A stretch of DNA of 124,000 nt from Wallemia ichthyophaga EXF-994. Taxonomy: Eukaryota; Fungi; Basidiomycota. The notes under the pieces were generated by a model. The model saw only the letters and a list, made by a program, of their open reading frames with translations, searched no databases and was not told the origin of the DNA. The translations under genes and the position numbers were made by a program. The number at the start of each line of letters is the position of its first letter. Position 1 is the stretch's first letter. The stretch spans positions 20,001 to 144,000 of the forward strand of contig NW_008806285.1 of assembly GCF_000400465.1 (NCBI RefSeq), read 5' to 3'. Below are positions 51,557 to 62,498 of the stretch, one piece after another.

Positions 51557-52447
51557 TCAACGCCTAGTTGAAGTGCGACCTTTTCTACCCACACCTGCAC
51601 GCGGACTGGAGTAGTAAGCGTAATGTGAGGCAAAGTTGGGAGATGTGAAAGCATCTTGTGGGATAGCCGGCAATTCGTTATCTTTTACTATCGGATATGG
51701 ACTGCTCTGTTTAGGAGAGCGCTTGTCCTTGATAGGTAAGTGATTAGTCCACGGTTTAACTGGTGGTGCAATAGGAGAGCTACCCGGTGTCCATTGACGC
51801 ATTGTTGGTGCTTGTCTCTGCGACTCCTTCTGCATGGCCTGGAGTTGTCTCAAATTTGTTATCTTGGTGGGAGCGGTAGTATATTTGTCGAGGACGGCTG
51901 GATGGATTGGTTGGATATCTTTCATGTCCTTGGTGTGCTTATTTTCCATCGCTTTAATATCGTCGAAAGAACTACCGGACGACAGCGAGGTCTTTGACGA
52001 GCTACCGACTGTTTCGTCCTCCACTTCCATCGCTTCGCTCTTGGCCTTTTGCCTGCGTCTGTAGCACTTGATGAGCGAGACAAAGGCGATGAGCAGCACG
52101 GCGAAAACGAATACTGAGATTGTTATTGGCAGCACTTTCATGCCGTCTATGGCCAATTTTTTGTCTTTGTTTGCATCGAAATCTCTGACACGAATGGATG
52201 GGGGCATCACATCGTCATCCTCATTGCTACTGCTGCCACTGGCGATTGTCTCATTCAAAACTCCGCGAGGAACCATGTTAACCCCGGCAATAGGCAGAGA
52301 CGGATTCTCCCAGTGTCTAAACATCGACTCTTGTTTTGGTAGTTGAAACTGCATCTGCATCTGCTCGAACCAGCCGAGATCAGCGAGATGGGGTGTAGGC
52401 TGTTGTTGCGCGTGTGGCTTTGTGTAGTCCAAATATATAGCTGGCAT
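51557..52447 (-). CDS. Hypothetical single-pass membrane protein with low-complexity Pro/Ser tail
   Basis: Intronless ORF with TM VLPITISVFVFAVLLIAFVSLI followed by basic KCYRRRQK. Confidence 0.65.
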   Translation of the reverse strand: MPAIYLDYTKPHAQQQPTPHLADLGWFEQMQMQFQLPKQESMFRHWENPSLPIAGVNMVPRGVLNETIASGSSSNEDDDVMPPSIRVRDFDANKDKKLAIDGMKVLPITISVFVFAVLLIAFVSLIKCYRRRQKAKSEAMEVEDETVGSSSKTSLSSGSSFDDIKAMENKHTKDMKDIQPIHPAVLDKYTTAPTKITNLRQLQAMQKESQRQAPTMRQWTPGSSPIAPPVKPWTNHLPIKDKRSPKQSSPYPIVKDNELPAIPQDAFTSPNFASHYAYYSSPRAGVGRKGRTSTRR

Positions 52448-52762
52448 TATGTAGCGTGTGTAGTGTGTAATGCGTAGTGTGCTTATTTGCGTCGCAACCA
52501 GGCGAATAAGGTGAAACAAGAGGATGATTAGTGAGTAAACTTGTGGGCAGAAGGACTGAGAAACCAGCTCTCAGGGTGTATAGTGTTGGTTGAGAGTTTT
52601 GTGTAGGTCCTCACTGAACTTGGTCAACCGCTCTGATTCGCCCGGTTAGGAAAGTTAGCCTAAAATTTTAGCTCGAATGACCGGAAAAGGAAGGTGAGCG
52701 CGTAGAGGGCTAATTAAAAAGAGGAAGAATGAAAGAGGTAAGGAATTTACGCGTACGTCTTA

Positions 52763-53443
52763 TCAATCGACGTCATCCATGTTATCGATATCGACATCGT
52801 TCTCCTTGTACACGGCTAAAGTGTTGTTTAGCCCAACATTCCTAGCATGCTTCAGGACGTTAATCATAGCCCTATCGATATCATTTGAGTGGACATCGCC
52901 ATTCTCGAGGACGATGGATGGATAGAAGACGTAAGTCCAATCTGTGTGGGAGCGAGCGAGTGAGTAAGTAGCTGGAATAACCGAAGAACCCCACGTACCT
53001 CTGAGAATAAGATCGTCTGCTCCACCGCGAGCAGTAACCATAGACTGCTGTACAACGGAAGTGATACAATTACGAATCCGCTTGCGCAGTCTATTCCTCA
53101 CTACAGCCTTCTTTGAAGTGAAAGCTATGGGCGTGATTACGACCAGAGGCAACTCCGCCACATTCATCCGCTTCAAGCCGTATCCATCCTGCCGACCAAT
53201 AGCATCGAGGTACAACCAAAACCTCAGACCAAAGTCGTTGTGTGCGAATGGCAGAGAACTCAGTTTAGTTTGTATGAGTGCGTGTGTTTTGGACGGCGGG
53301 AGAATCTTCAACGTGAAGTACGCGTGCGGGAAGGTGAACAAACCGCGATCACCCAATGTACCAAGATTGACGCCGTAGCCAAAAGAAAGAATTTTCACAG
53401 ATTTATTTGTCTTTTTACTGAGCAATATCTGGCTGCGCTGCAT
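52763..53443 (-). CDS. Protein with bacterial RNase P protein (RnpA)-like RNR motif; probable mitochondrial targeting
   Basis: TSKKAVVRNRLRKRIR; in-frame 57-nt intron 52942-52998 gives LILR|DWTYVFY, then helix IDRAMINVLKHA; basic, acid-free N-terminus. The functional call is inference. Confidence 0.6.
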   Translation of the reverse strand: MQRSQILLSKKTNKSVKILSFGYGVNLGTLGDRGLFTFPHAYFTLKILPPSKTHALIQTKLSSLPFAHNDFGLRFWLYLDAIGRQDGYGLKRMNVAELPLVVITPIAFTSKKAVVRNRLRKRIRNCITSVVQQSMVTARGGADDLILRGTWGSSVIPATYSLARSHTDWTYVFYPSIVLENGDVHSNDIDRAMINVLKHARNVGLNNTLAVYKENDVDIDNMDDVD

Positions 53444-53466
53444 TCAAGAAGATCGAAGACCAAAAA

Positions 53467-55947
53467 ATGTCATTTGAATTGATAATTCCAACAGCAACGA
53501 AGGATGTTCCATATGGTGCTATCGGTATAGCCCATTATCTATCCACAAACGCTGATCCTGCGTGCTCCCCATTCGAGTACTCCCATGTAGATGTACACAC
53601 GGATTTCAGCGACGACGCCAAAGCGGCTACCTTCAAATCCGCAGATGGCGCCCAAGTCACTGATCTCCACACTATTCTTTCAGTCTTGGCCCACGCTGGT
53701 AACATCTCAGGCCAGTCGGAGGACAAGGGCTTAGTCGAGGCTTATGTCAGCGACGCAGCGGCTATGTCCAAGCAATCATTCCCTCAGCTGACGCAATCAC
53801 TCAACAAGCTCGATGATATTCTCTTTCTCCATGCGTTCCTCGTTGGATACGCACCAACTGTTGCTGATTTTGCTATTTGGAGTTCAATCAAGTGTGAGTG
53901 CGGTTAGGTAGTCGTGGCACGTCGCTAAATGTGCTTCTAAGCCTCATCACTCGCTCTCGGCATTCTCAAGAAGAATCAGCACCAAAATGTTGTCAGATTC
54001 CTTTCCTTCTTCGACACTCTCGCTCAGCCAGCGTTGCAAGCCCACGCAGCAGCCAAGTCTAAGAAGGCGTCTACCAAGACGGCCTCTGGTGGTTTCAGTA
54101 TGGGTTTGAAGAACGCAGAGCAAGGCAAGGTTGTCACTCGTTTCCCACCAGAACCCTCTGGATACTTGCACATTGGTCACGTAAAGGCAGCTATGCTCAA
54201 CGACTACTTTGCCAAGATGTACAATGGCACGCTGCGCATCAGACTCGATGACACCAACCCTGTCAAAGAGGACACAGAGTACCAAGACGTGATTTTAGAA
54301 GATCTCAAAATGATGGGTATCACATCTAAGCTGGTTACCTTCACTTCCGACTACTTTCAACTCCTCTACGACAAGGCTATCGAGCTTATCAAACTCGGTA
54401 AGGCATACGCAGACGACACACCTGCAGAGGAGCTCAAAGCACAGAGATTCAACCGCCAGCCTTCAAAGCACCGCGATATGCCAGTCGATGAGGTACTCAA
54501 GCATTTTGAGGAGATGAGCAAGGGTACAGAAGAAGGCAACCGCTGGGTCCTTCGCGCTAAGATCAACTATGCAAGCGATATAGGCACGATGCGTGATCCT
54601 AACATCTACAGAGTGGTGCCACACGCTGACCACCACCGCACGGGTAAGCAGTGGAAGGTATACCCACTCTACGACTTCTGCATGCCGATAATAGATTCCG
54701 TGGAGGGTGTGACCCATGCACTTCGTTCGAACGAATACCACGAGCGTAATCCACTGTACAACTGGATCGTCGATACGCTCTCCATGCGCAGAGCTGAAAT
54801 TTGGGACTTTGGAAGAATGAACTTCACCTACACTCTACTTTCTAAGCGCAAACTGGGTAAACTCGTTGAAGCTGGTAGTGTGAAAGGTTGGGATGACCCT
54901 CGCTTCGCTACTGTTAGGGGTATTTTGCGCAGAGGTATGACTGTCGATACACTGCGCGAATTCATCCTTCTACAGGGTCCATCACAGAGCGTCGTCAACC
55001 TCCAATGGGACCAGATCTGGTCTATGAATAAGCAGCGTATTGATCCCGTCATTCCACGTTTCACAGCTTGCGAGAAAAAGCATCTCGTAAAGGCTGTTGT
55101 GAATGGCGCCCCATCGTCTATCGAATACAAGGAGCTTCCTCGCCATGCTAAGAACAATGATCTCGGTACGAAGAAGGTTGCTTTCTCTAACGAGGTTTAC
55201 ATGGACCAGGAAGACGCACAGTCGTTCGCCGATGGCGAAGAAATCACCATGATGGCCTGGGGTAACGCTTTCGTTAAGGCGAAGGAGGTAAATAGTGAGG
55301 GAATGGTCACTGGACTCACCCTCGATCTGCACTTGGAGGGTGACTTTAAGAAGACTAAGAAGAAGGTGACGTGGTTGTCCGCTAAGAATGATTTCGTTGG
55401 CGTTAAGCTGATGGACTACGATTATCTCATCAACAAACCTCGTTTGGAGGAAAGCGACAACTTAGACGATTTCCTCACTCCTGTCACAGAATTCGTCACG
55501 GATGCTGTCACCGATTCTAACATCAAGTCACTCAACAAAGGCGATCGCTTCCAGTTCGAGAGAAAGGGTTACTTTATTGTGGATGCTGTCAAGGAAGATG
55601 GCACATACGAACTGATAAAAATCCCAGACGGCAGGGTGGCATCGACTATTAGCAAGGGTGATGAGAAGGCGCAAGCTAAGCAGGCTGCGCAGCCCAAGAG
55701 AGATAAGAGGGAGAAGAAGGAGAAGGGTAAAGAGGGTAACGCTGGCAAGGCAGGTAAGGCGCCTTCTGTCACCGACATTGCACCTTCACAGGCAATTGAG
55801 TACCTCAGTCTGAGCGACAAGAATGATGGCTTTGAGATACCTGTCAAGAGCAAGATGTACAATGTCGGTAGTGTTTTTGGAGATGAAAAGGTGGACACCA
55901 ATGTCAAGACGGACATGTACAAGGTGGATCCAATTTACAAGCACTAG
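53467..55947 (+). CDS. GUS1: Cytosolic glutamyl-tRNA synthetase
   Basis: GST-like N-terminus; TRFPPEPSGYLHIGH; HALRSNEY; LLSKR; one intron near 53895-53945. Confidence 0.96.
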
Positions 55948-56061
55948 ACGGGCCATTAGCAGGGGAACTTGTAAGAGACACGATAAAGAGCTATTCAAAA
56001 GAACATCATTTATAGGATATGATCATGACATGAAATTGGTGATTGATAATAATCTCAAATT

Positions 56062-56993
56062 TTAAGACTCGAAAGTGAATGCAGCGCCGATCTTGTGAGC
56101 TGAAGGACCAGCCGAAGTGTCGTTGAGGCGTTGGGTGTCGAGAGCGAGACCGAAAGAGGCCTTAACGCCTGGACGGAGAGCTTGAGTGTAGCCGAGGGCG
56201 AGGATACCAGCGTTGTTAATCTTGCTCTTGACAAAGGCAGCGTTGTCGAGGTAAGTCTTAGCGCCGACTTCGAGGTTGACGTTGGAAGGACCAATCTTGG
56301 TGTCGTAGATGGCCTTGGCGCCAGCTTCGACGTCGCGGCTGACTCTGTGGTAGTAAGAAGCGGCGAAGACGTTGAGGTTGTTGAGACCGTGGAGGGTGAC
56401 AGCATACTCAGGGGCCGAGTAACCAACAGCAGCAGCGTATTTGCTGATCTTGCCGTCTTGAACCGAGTAAGAAGTCTCGGCACCAGCGAGTAAACCGTCC
56501 TTGCCGACGACCGAGTCGAGGGTGAAAGTAGGACCCTTGAAAACATCCAAGAAGGCGCGGCCGTGGAGACCTGGTTGCTTGAAAATGGCGCCTGCGAGTG
56601 CAGACTTACCACCGCCTTGAGGAAGGAGAGAAGATTGAATGTCGAGCTTAAGGCCCTTTGCGATGTTGTTCTCTAATTCTAATTGAGATTTGAGGACATT
56701 TGAGGTGGTCCACGCTTGAGTGAAGATGACGCCTTTGGAAGCATCAACGTATTTGCCTTCAATGTCGCCGTTGATGTTTGCAGATTTTGAGTCACGGAGA
56801 CCAGAAACCTTGAAAGAGACATTTGAAGGGGTCTTGGTCTTTACTTCTAATTGAGTGCCGTTGATTGGGAAATCCTTGCTGAGGAGGTCGTTGGCTGATT
56901 TGCCGAGATCCTTGGGGAGTGTGAGTGGGGTAGATAAGTATAAAATATATATAATACCTTCCAGGATGGTGGTACTGCTGCTGGTGCTGACAT
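56062..56993 (-). CDS. POR1: Mitochondrial porin (VDAC)
   Basis: PPSWK|DLGKSANDLL; beta-barrel; QALRPGVKASFGLALD; HKIGAAFTFES; introns. Confidence 0.95.
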
Positions 56994-57158
56994 CTTTCTT
57001 GTTTTGTTGGTCGTAGTGTTTGAACCAGCGGAATCGATCAAGGCGTGAGATTATTCATTTAAAATTTGATTATTTAATTGTACAAGGTAAAATATTTTAA
57101 ATATATATTTTAAATATGTATTTTAATTTATCGGCTGCCCAATTCTCGGTCTTCTTGC

Positions 57159-58433
57159 ATGACACGGCAGTACAATCTCGATGAAATAGCATCTTTGGAT
57201 TACCTACTAACTTATTACGTTGTACAGATTTCAGGTAGTGTTGGACACCTCTTCTTACTCCTCCTCACCATCATTTCCCGCTCCATACATCACAACGGGG
57301 TTATTATCAACTTCTACTTGATATTCAGCTTTACGCTGTGGATAGATGCTATTCTATTGTACACCGGTCACCTCACTTCCCAAACCCACCAAATCCCCCC
57401 TTCAATACGCATCATTAACTCCAGTATCAGGTGGGTTAGTCCACTCGGGTGATTTCGGTAATCTCGCTAAACATTTCCACACAGAATGACAGGAATGCTA
57501 GCCAACACCTGCACAACCCTTACTGTCGTCTTTAGGCTTTTCATAAGCGTTAACACCGCTCTCAGTACTCGCCTCGCTAAAATTTTATCCAAGATCTCAG
57601 ACACTATCTTGATTTTAGTTCCTTGGGTGTTGAGTATGCCATTCTTCATCGCTTATTTAGCACGCACTATTCCACACCCAGATTTAGTCATCCGAACGCC
57701 CTATTTCTGTGACTACAATGGTAGTGTGTTGAATAAAGTCGTTACCAACCTCACTCTGGCACTAATGTGTCTGATACTGGTGCTGGCAATACTCACCGCT
57801 ATTCTCCTCATCAAACTCCGTTCAAGTCAGCACGGTTTGGTGTACGTGAAAACATCAATCGACGTTGTCCTCGGTTGTCGCATACTTCTCTTCCTCGTCT
57901 ACTCACTCACTACGGTGGTTGTACTAAGCGGTACGCTTAACGACGCTTGGGGGAGTTTCAGCGATGGCCCCACCCTCGCTTTCGGTTTGACCGGTTTCTG
58001 GGCTTTCCTCTTGTTCTTTATTCAACCAGACACCTTCAACGCTATTATGACTTGCTTCGGGCTTAGAAAGTCGCGGAATAGACAGAGACGCCCCTCCTTC
58101 CTCTCTGTCAGCGCTAGTCGACCACGGGGAACTGAGCGGCATGAATTCGACGGGAATTTAACTTTCAATGGGAGTCTAAATGTTCGGAGTAGTGGGAGTG
58201 ATGAATGTGGGGATGTCAATGGCTGGGTTGATAAACGGCGGCTTGACAATGCTGATTCAAGGTGTTTAGGCGGTGGCAGTAGTAGGTGTAGCTCAAGTAG
58301 CTCGAGTACGACACACACGACACACACGACACATACAACACATACAACTCACACAACTAATACGGATACCTACCCAAATATTTTCACTGAAATACACACT
58401 CACAAAAACACAGACAGCGATACGTCGCATTAA
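57159..58433 (+). CDS. Multi-pass (about 7 TM) GPCR-like receptor
   Basis: Two exons with about seven hydrophobic segments, a Cys in the putative ECL2 (TPYFC), and a basic/Ser-rich tail. Confidence 0.6.
58308..58358 (+). repeat. Coding 9-bp-period repeat encoding (Thr-Thr-His) x5
   Basis: ACGACACAC/ACAACACAT units in the receptor C-terminal tail. Confidence 0.85.
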
Positions 58434-58833
58434 GGTTGACATGTACTTGTACTTCTATATTTACTAACAGCATACATTGTATTAATAGACGCGCTTATAG
58501 ATATTCTAATAGGCTTTGTCCGCTGCTTCTGGGACCAACTAAAACAAGGTCACTTTGGAGAAAAATTCACCTCTCCCACTATAATAGATAAGCTCATTGA
58601 TCCTGCTTTCAATGTTAAATTTAAGAATCACCCGCCCCGGAACCCAACTTAGGCTTTCGAAGAATCAAGCTTACGCTTCTTGGTTTATCTTACGTAACAA
58701 GATGTTTAGAGAGGGATTTGCAGCAATCTCTGTAATTTCATGGCACACACGCCAAATACGACATATGAACAAATATATTCCACGGACTTTTATTCATTTC
58801 TCGCATCCCACGACCCCTAGTTCCCACACAATC

Positions 58834-59426
58834 ATGTCAAATTCTGAATTCTACAATCTCAGCGCAGAGAAACCAAACGGCGAAGAATACAAGTTTGATA
58901 GTTTAAAGGATAAGGTCGTGCTTATTGTGAACACAGCGAGTGAGTTAATGTCACCGGTTATATCACACGGTTCTAAGCGTGGTACACACCAGGCAAATGC
59001 GGCTTCACGCCACAGTACACGGGACTTGAAGAATTGCACAACGCTTACAAAGACAGGGGATTGGTAGTGTGAGTGGTGTGACGTCGTCGTTGTCAATCCC
59101 CGCTAACGACGCACGACGCAAATAGCCTTGGATTCCCTTGCAATCAGTTCGGTGGACAAGAGCCAGGCAGTGACAGCGATATTGACAACTTCTGTAAGAT
59201 CAATCACGGTGTTTCGTTCCAGCTTTTCAAGAAATCAGACGTCAATGGTGATAATACGAATGAGGTTTTCAGATGGCTTAAAGAAAAGAAGCCACAGCTT
59301 ATGATGGGCAGAATCAAGTGGAACTTTGAGAAATTCCTCATCGATAAGCAGGGAAATGTCGTCAATAGATACTCATCCATGTCTAAGCCAAGTGAAATAG
59401 CTAAAGATGTTGAGAAACTCGTCTAA
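58834..59426 (+). CDS. Glutathione/thioredoxin peroxidase (Cys-type Gpx/Hyr1)
   Basis: VVLIVNTAS|KCGFTPQY; GFPCNQF; IKWNFEKFL; two introns; upstream in-frame ATGs at 58702 and 58765. Confidence 0.95.
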
Positions 59427-59534
59427 CAATTCATTTTATTCAAATACATTTCTTACTTTAAAGTGAAAATTTTTACAAAGTGAATGACGCGATGAATATC
59501 AAATATCTTGGAATACGTCATTCATCATCGCATC

Positions 59535-60488
59535 ATGATCAAAGTACTCGTTACAGGCGCAACAGGTTTGCTAGGCAGAGCAATTATGCACAACCTCCGC
59601 GCGGACAGCTCTGTCCAAGTATTAGGATTGGGTTATAGTAGAGTTGGTGAAGGTGTTATCAAATGCGATATCACAAATCACGACGAGTTGAAGGGTGTCG
59701 TAGAGCATCACTCACCAGATGTAATCATCCACGCCGCTGCTGAAAGGCGTCCAGATGTCGCAGCGAATGATCCTGCAGCGACGGAGCACCTCAACGTGGC
59801 TGTTTCAGCAAACGTGGCTGGTTTAGCGAGGAGTGTAAAGGCAGCACTCATCTATATATCCACTGATTACGTGTAAGTGGGGGTATTTGTCGGTATCCAC
59901 TCAATTGCTCAATTAAAATCACTCAGCTTCGACGGCACTAAACCGCCATATGAGGTCACTGACACACCAAACCCACTCAATCTCTACGGCAAGACTAAGC
60001 TGGCTGGCGAGAAGGCAGTGCATGAGAATAATCAAAGGTCAATCGTCGTCAGAGTCCCTGTTCTTTATGGCAAAGTAGAGAACAACAAGGAGAGCGCTGT
60101 GACGGTACTCATTGATGGCGTTAAAGATAGTTTGAACGCTCCAAAGAAGTTTGAGCATTTGTCGAAGCGTTTCCCAACCCACGTTGAGAATGTTGCTCAA
60201 GCGTTGAATGCCTTGTCAAAATGGGTTGCTAGTGCCGACAATATCACTCCTATTATCCATTACACTTCAACAGAAGGTTATACGAAATATGAAATGGCAT
60301 GTATCTTTGCGGATATACTGGGAATTCCAAGAAATGGATTAATCGCTGATACTCAAGAGCCTCAAGGTGCAGCTGCTGTCAGTCGTCCAAAAGACTGCCA
60401 GCTTTCGAGAAACAAGTTGGACGATCTCAATTTGGACATGAAAGAGGACGTGCACTTTGTGGAGTTTTTCAAATCTCAATTGTTATAG
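59535..60488 (+). CDS. RmlD/MAT2B-like extended SDR (NAD(P)-binding)
   Basis: VLVTGATGLLG; HAAAERRPD; YISTDYV|FDG; PLNLYGKTK. Confidence 0.9.
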
Positions 60489-60641
60489 ATTCTCATAAGC
60501 TATTATAAGCTACCATAAACTATTTCGCACGATATATTCCATTTTAGGTTTTTATTATTTTCATTTTAATTCAAATTCCAAAACCCTTTTTAGGTGCGCT
60601 TACGTTCTGTTTCTGAGCCGTCGACACTAAAAATACGCGAT

Positions 60642-61490
60642 ATGAAATTATTGGGAGCAGCAGCAGCAGCAGCAGCAGTGGCACTATTCGCACCAGCATA
60701 CGCGGCAGAAGAGGATATCTACGGTACCTGGTCGTCTGGTTCTGGCGGTGTACAGACAGGTGAAGGATTCTGTACGCCACAAGAGTACAGCTTCAATATC
60801 CCAAACACCACAGGAACGAGCTACTCGTTTACTGAAGATGGCTACTATGAGGAAGCTTCTTACAAGTTCAGATCAAACGCAACTCATCCACAATGCATAC
60901 AAGCAGTCCTCACTTGGCAGCACGGTAGATATGAGTTTTACGATCATGAGGATATGCAAGGTATTAAGACTACTCCTTTCTCTGCAGATGGTCGCGTTCA
61001 AGTTGAGGATCCATGTGCAGCGAGCAGCAACATACTCAGCACAACCAGTTTCAACCACACTTTCGTTAAATACCTCCCATTCGATGATCCCGTTAAGAAT
61101 ATAAAGGCTCTCCAGCTCTACGACTTTGACGGCTCCGAGTTGGCTCCGTTGTACCTCATTAGTCGCCAACCAAACATGCTGCCTACTAGCCCAATCAGCA
61201 CCCAATACTCTAAGAGAAGCAAGAGAAGCACAGATGAGCCAGTAGAGGGTGATGTGGATGCGGATATGCAGAATATACTCGCAACTCCTTCTTTGGAGAG
61301 AAGGAAAGGTGGTGGTGGTAAAGGAGGCGGTGGTGGTAGAGTAAGCAGCGGTGGTGGTAAAGTGAGCAGCGGTGGAGCGGGCCGTGGCGCTAATGTTACC
61401 TCTGGCAATCACTCTTCTGCTGTTTCGAATACCCTCCCTATCTCACTCGCTGCCTTGGTCATTGTCGCGGCAAGCATAGCTATCGTATGA
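60642..61490 (+). CDS. ROT1: ER chaperone Rot1
   Basis: Signal peptide; GTWSSGSG; SYSFTEDGYYEEA; WQHGRY; DGRVQVEDPC; PNMLPT; hydrophobic C-terminus. Confidence 0.9.
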   Translation: MKLLGAAAAAAAVALFAPAYAAEEDIYGTWSSGSGGVQTGEGFCTPQEYSFNIPNTTGTSYSFTEDGYYEEASYKFRSNATHPQCIQAVLTWQHGRYEFYDHEDMQGIKTTPFSADGRVQVEDPCAASSNILSTTSFNHTFVKYLPFDDPVKNIKALQLYDFDGSELAPLYLISRQPNMLPTSPISTQYSKRSKRSTDEPVEGDVDADMQNILATPSLERRKGGGGKGGGGGRVSSGGGKVSSGGAGRGANVTSGNHSSAVSNTLPISLAALVIVAASIAIV

Positions 61491-61754
61491 TAAGTCATGT
61501 GCGAGCGTTGTGCGTTGTGTGTCTTACTCAAACACCCAACCTTACCTAAAACATTGTAATATTTTCATTTATTCATCCTGGACATTATCACCTGGTTCGC
61601 CTGAAACAGTCGCCACTAAGAAAACAAAATAAGTAGAAGCGCTAGCAGCAGCGGCAGCAGCAGCAGCACGCTGAAAACAGCACCTTCAGTCAACATATAT
61701 ACGTCCTCATCTAGCGCTTTCGATCCGTTCACTGCATACGCTCCTGATATACAA

Positions 61755-62343
61755 ATGAGCGTACACGCCACGCCGATGCTGAGCGATACGATCGATACGA
61801 TGCGAGTGGATATACTGCAGAACAACGAAGAAATAGCAGTGCTGCACTTGTCTATCACGCGCTTACCTCTATCGTGTAGTAAACGTGATGACCTCGTGGA
61901 GCAGGAGCTGGACATCCTCCCAAGCGATGCCAACATTCGCCTGTCTAACAAGAGTCCACTAGAGCTCGCATGTGGGAAAATGCCCCCCGTCAGTTACGTC
62001 GGGGGCAGGGTGAGTGGGAGTTAAGTGTGAAATTTTTCTGTCTCATCACATCAAACAGATCAGATCACAAGGCGCGCTGCACCCGTATGCAGTGTTTGAG
62101 AGCAGGCGCGGTAGTTTGTTTAGAGGACAACTTGCAGGTAATCGCGTTAAGCATCAGATATCCATCCTCGACGATAGTAGGGTTTCCCCGATTACCTCAT
62201 TCGTTCTTATCATCGCTAACCAGGCTAAACACTGCTGCGTGTGGAGCAGGAATCTTGATGGTCTGGCTAAGCGGTACGATCTCACTCAATATCATAAGTC
62301 TCAGGGTATGATCTTCAACCCTGCCGGAGCAGCTGGTGGATGA
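61755..62343 (+). CDS. Uncharacterised protein, paralogue of 62499-63119
   Basis: Two exons joined by a GTGAGT..CAG intron (about 62011-62059); C-terminal VWSRNLDGLAKRYDLTQYHKSQGMIFN; true start may lie upstream. Confidence 0.6.
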
Positions 62344-62498
62344 TCATGGCTGCGGCTAGTCGATTGTCGCTAGTCACACAACACATATCACTGCAATGCA
62401 AATGCAACGTAACGTTACCTATACTCTAGCTTTTCATGTAACCTTAATGCTCTTAGAAACTATCTGCTGCACGTCAGTTTGACATCACGCTAAACCCC

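Noticed and set aside
52540-52760. Possible RNase P RNA or other ncRNA next to the RnpA-like gene (AGGAAAG motif, CCGG..CCGG stem, CTAAAATTTTAG palindrome)
   Set aside because: No matching second P4 strand or other conserved RNase P regions were seen; too short. An Infernal search would be needed
58990-59000. Possible selenocysteine in the glutathione peroxidase
   Set aside because: The active-site codon is TGC (Cys)
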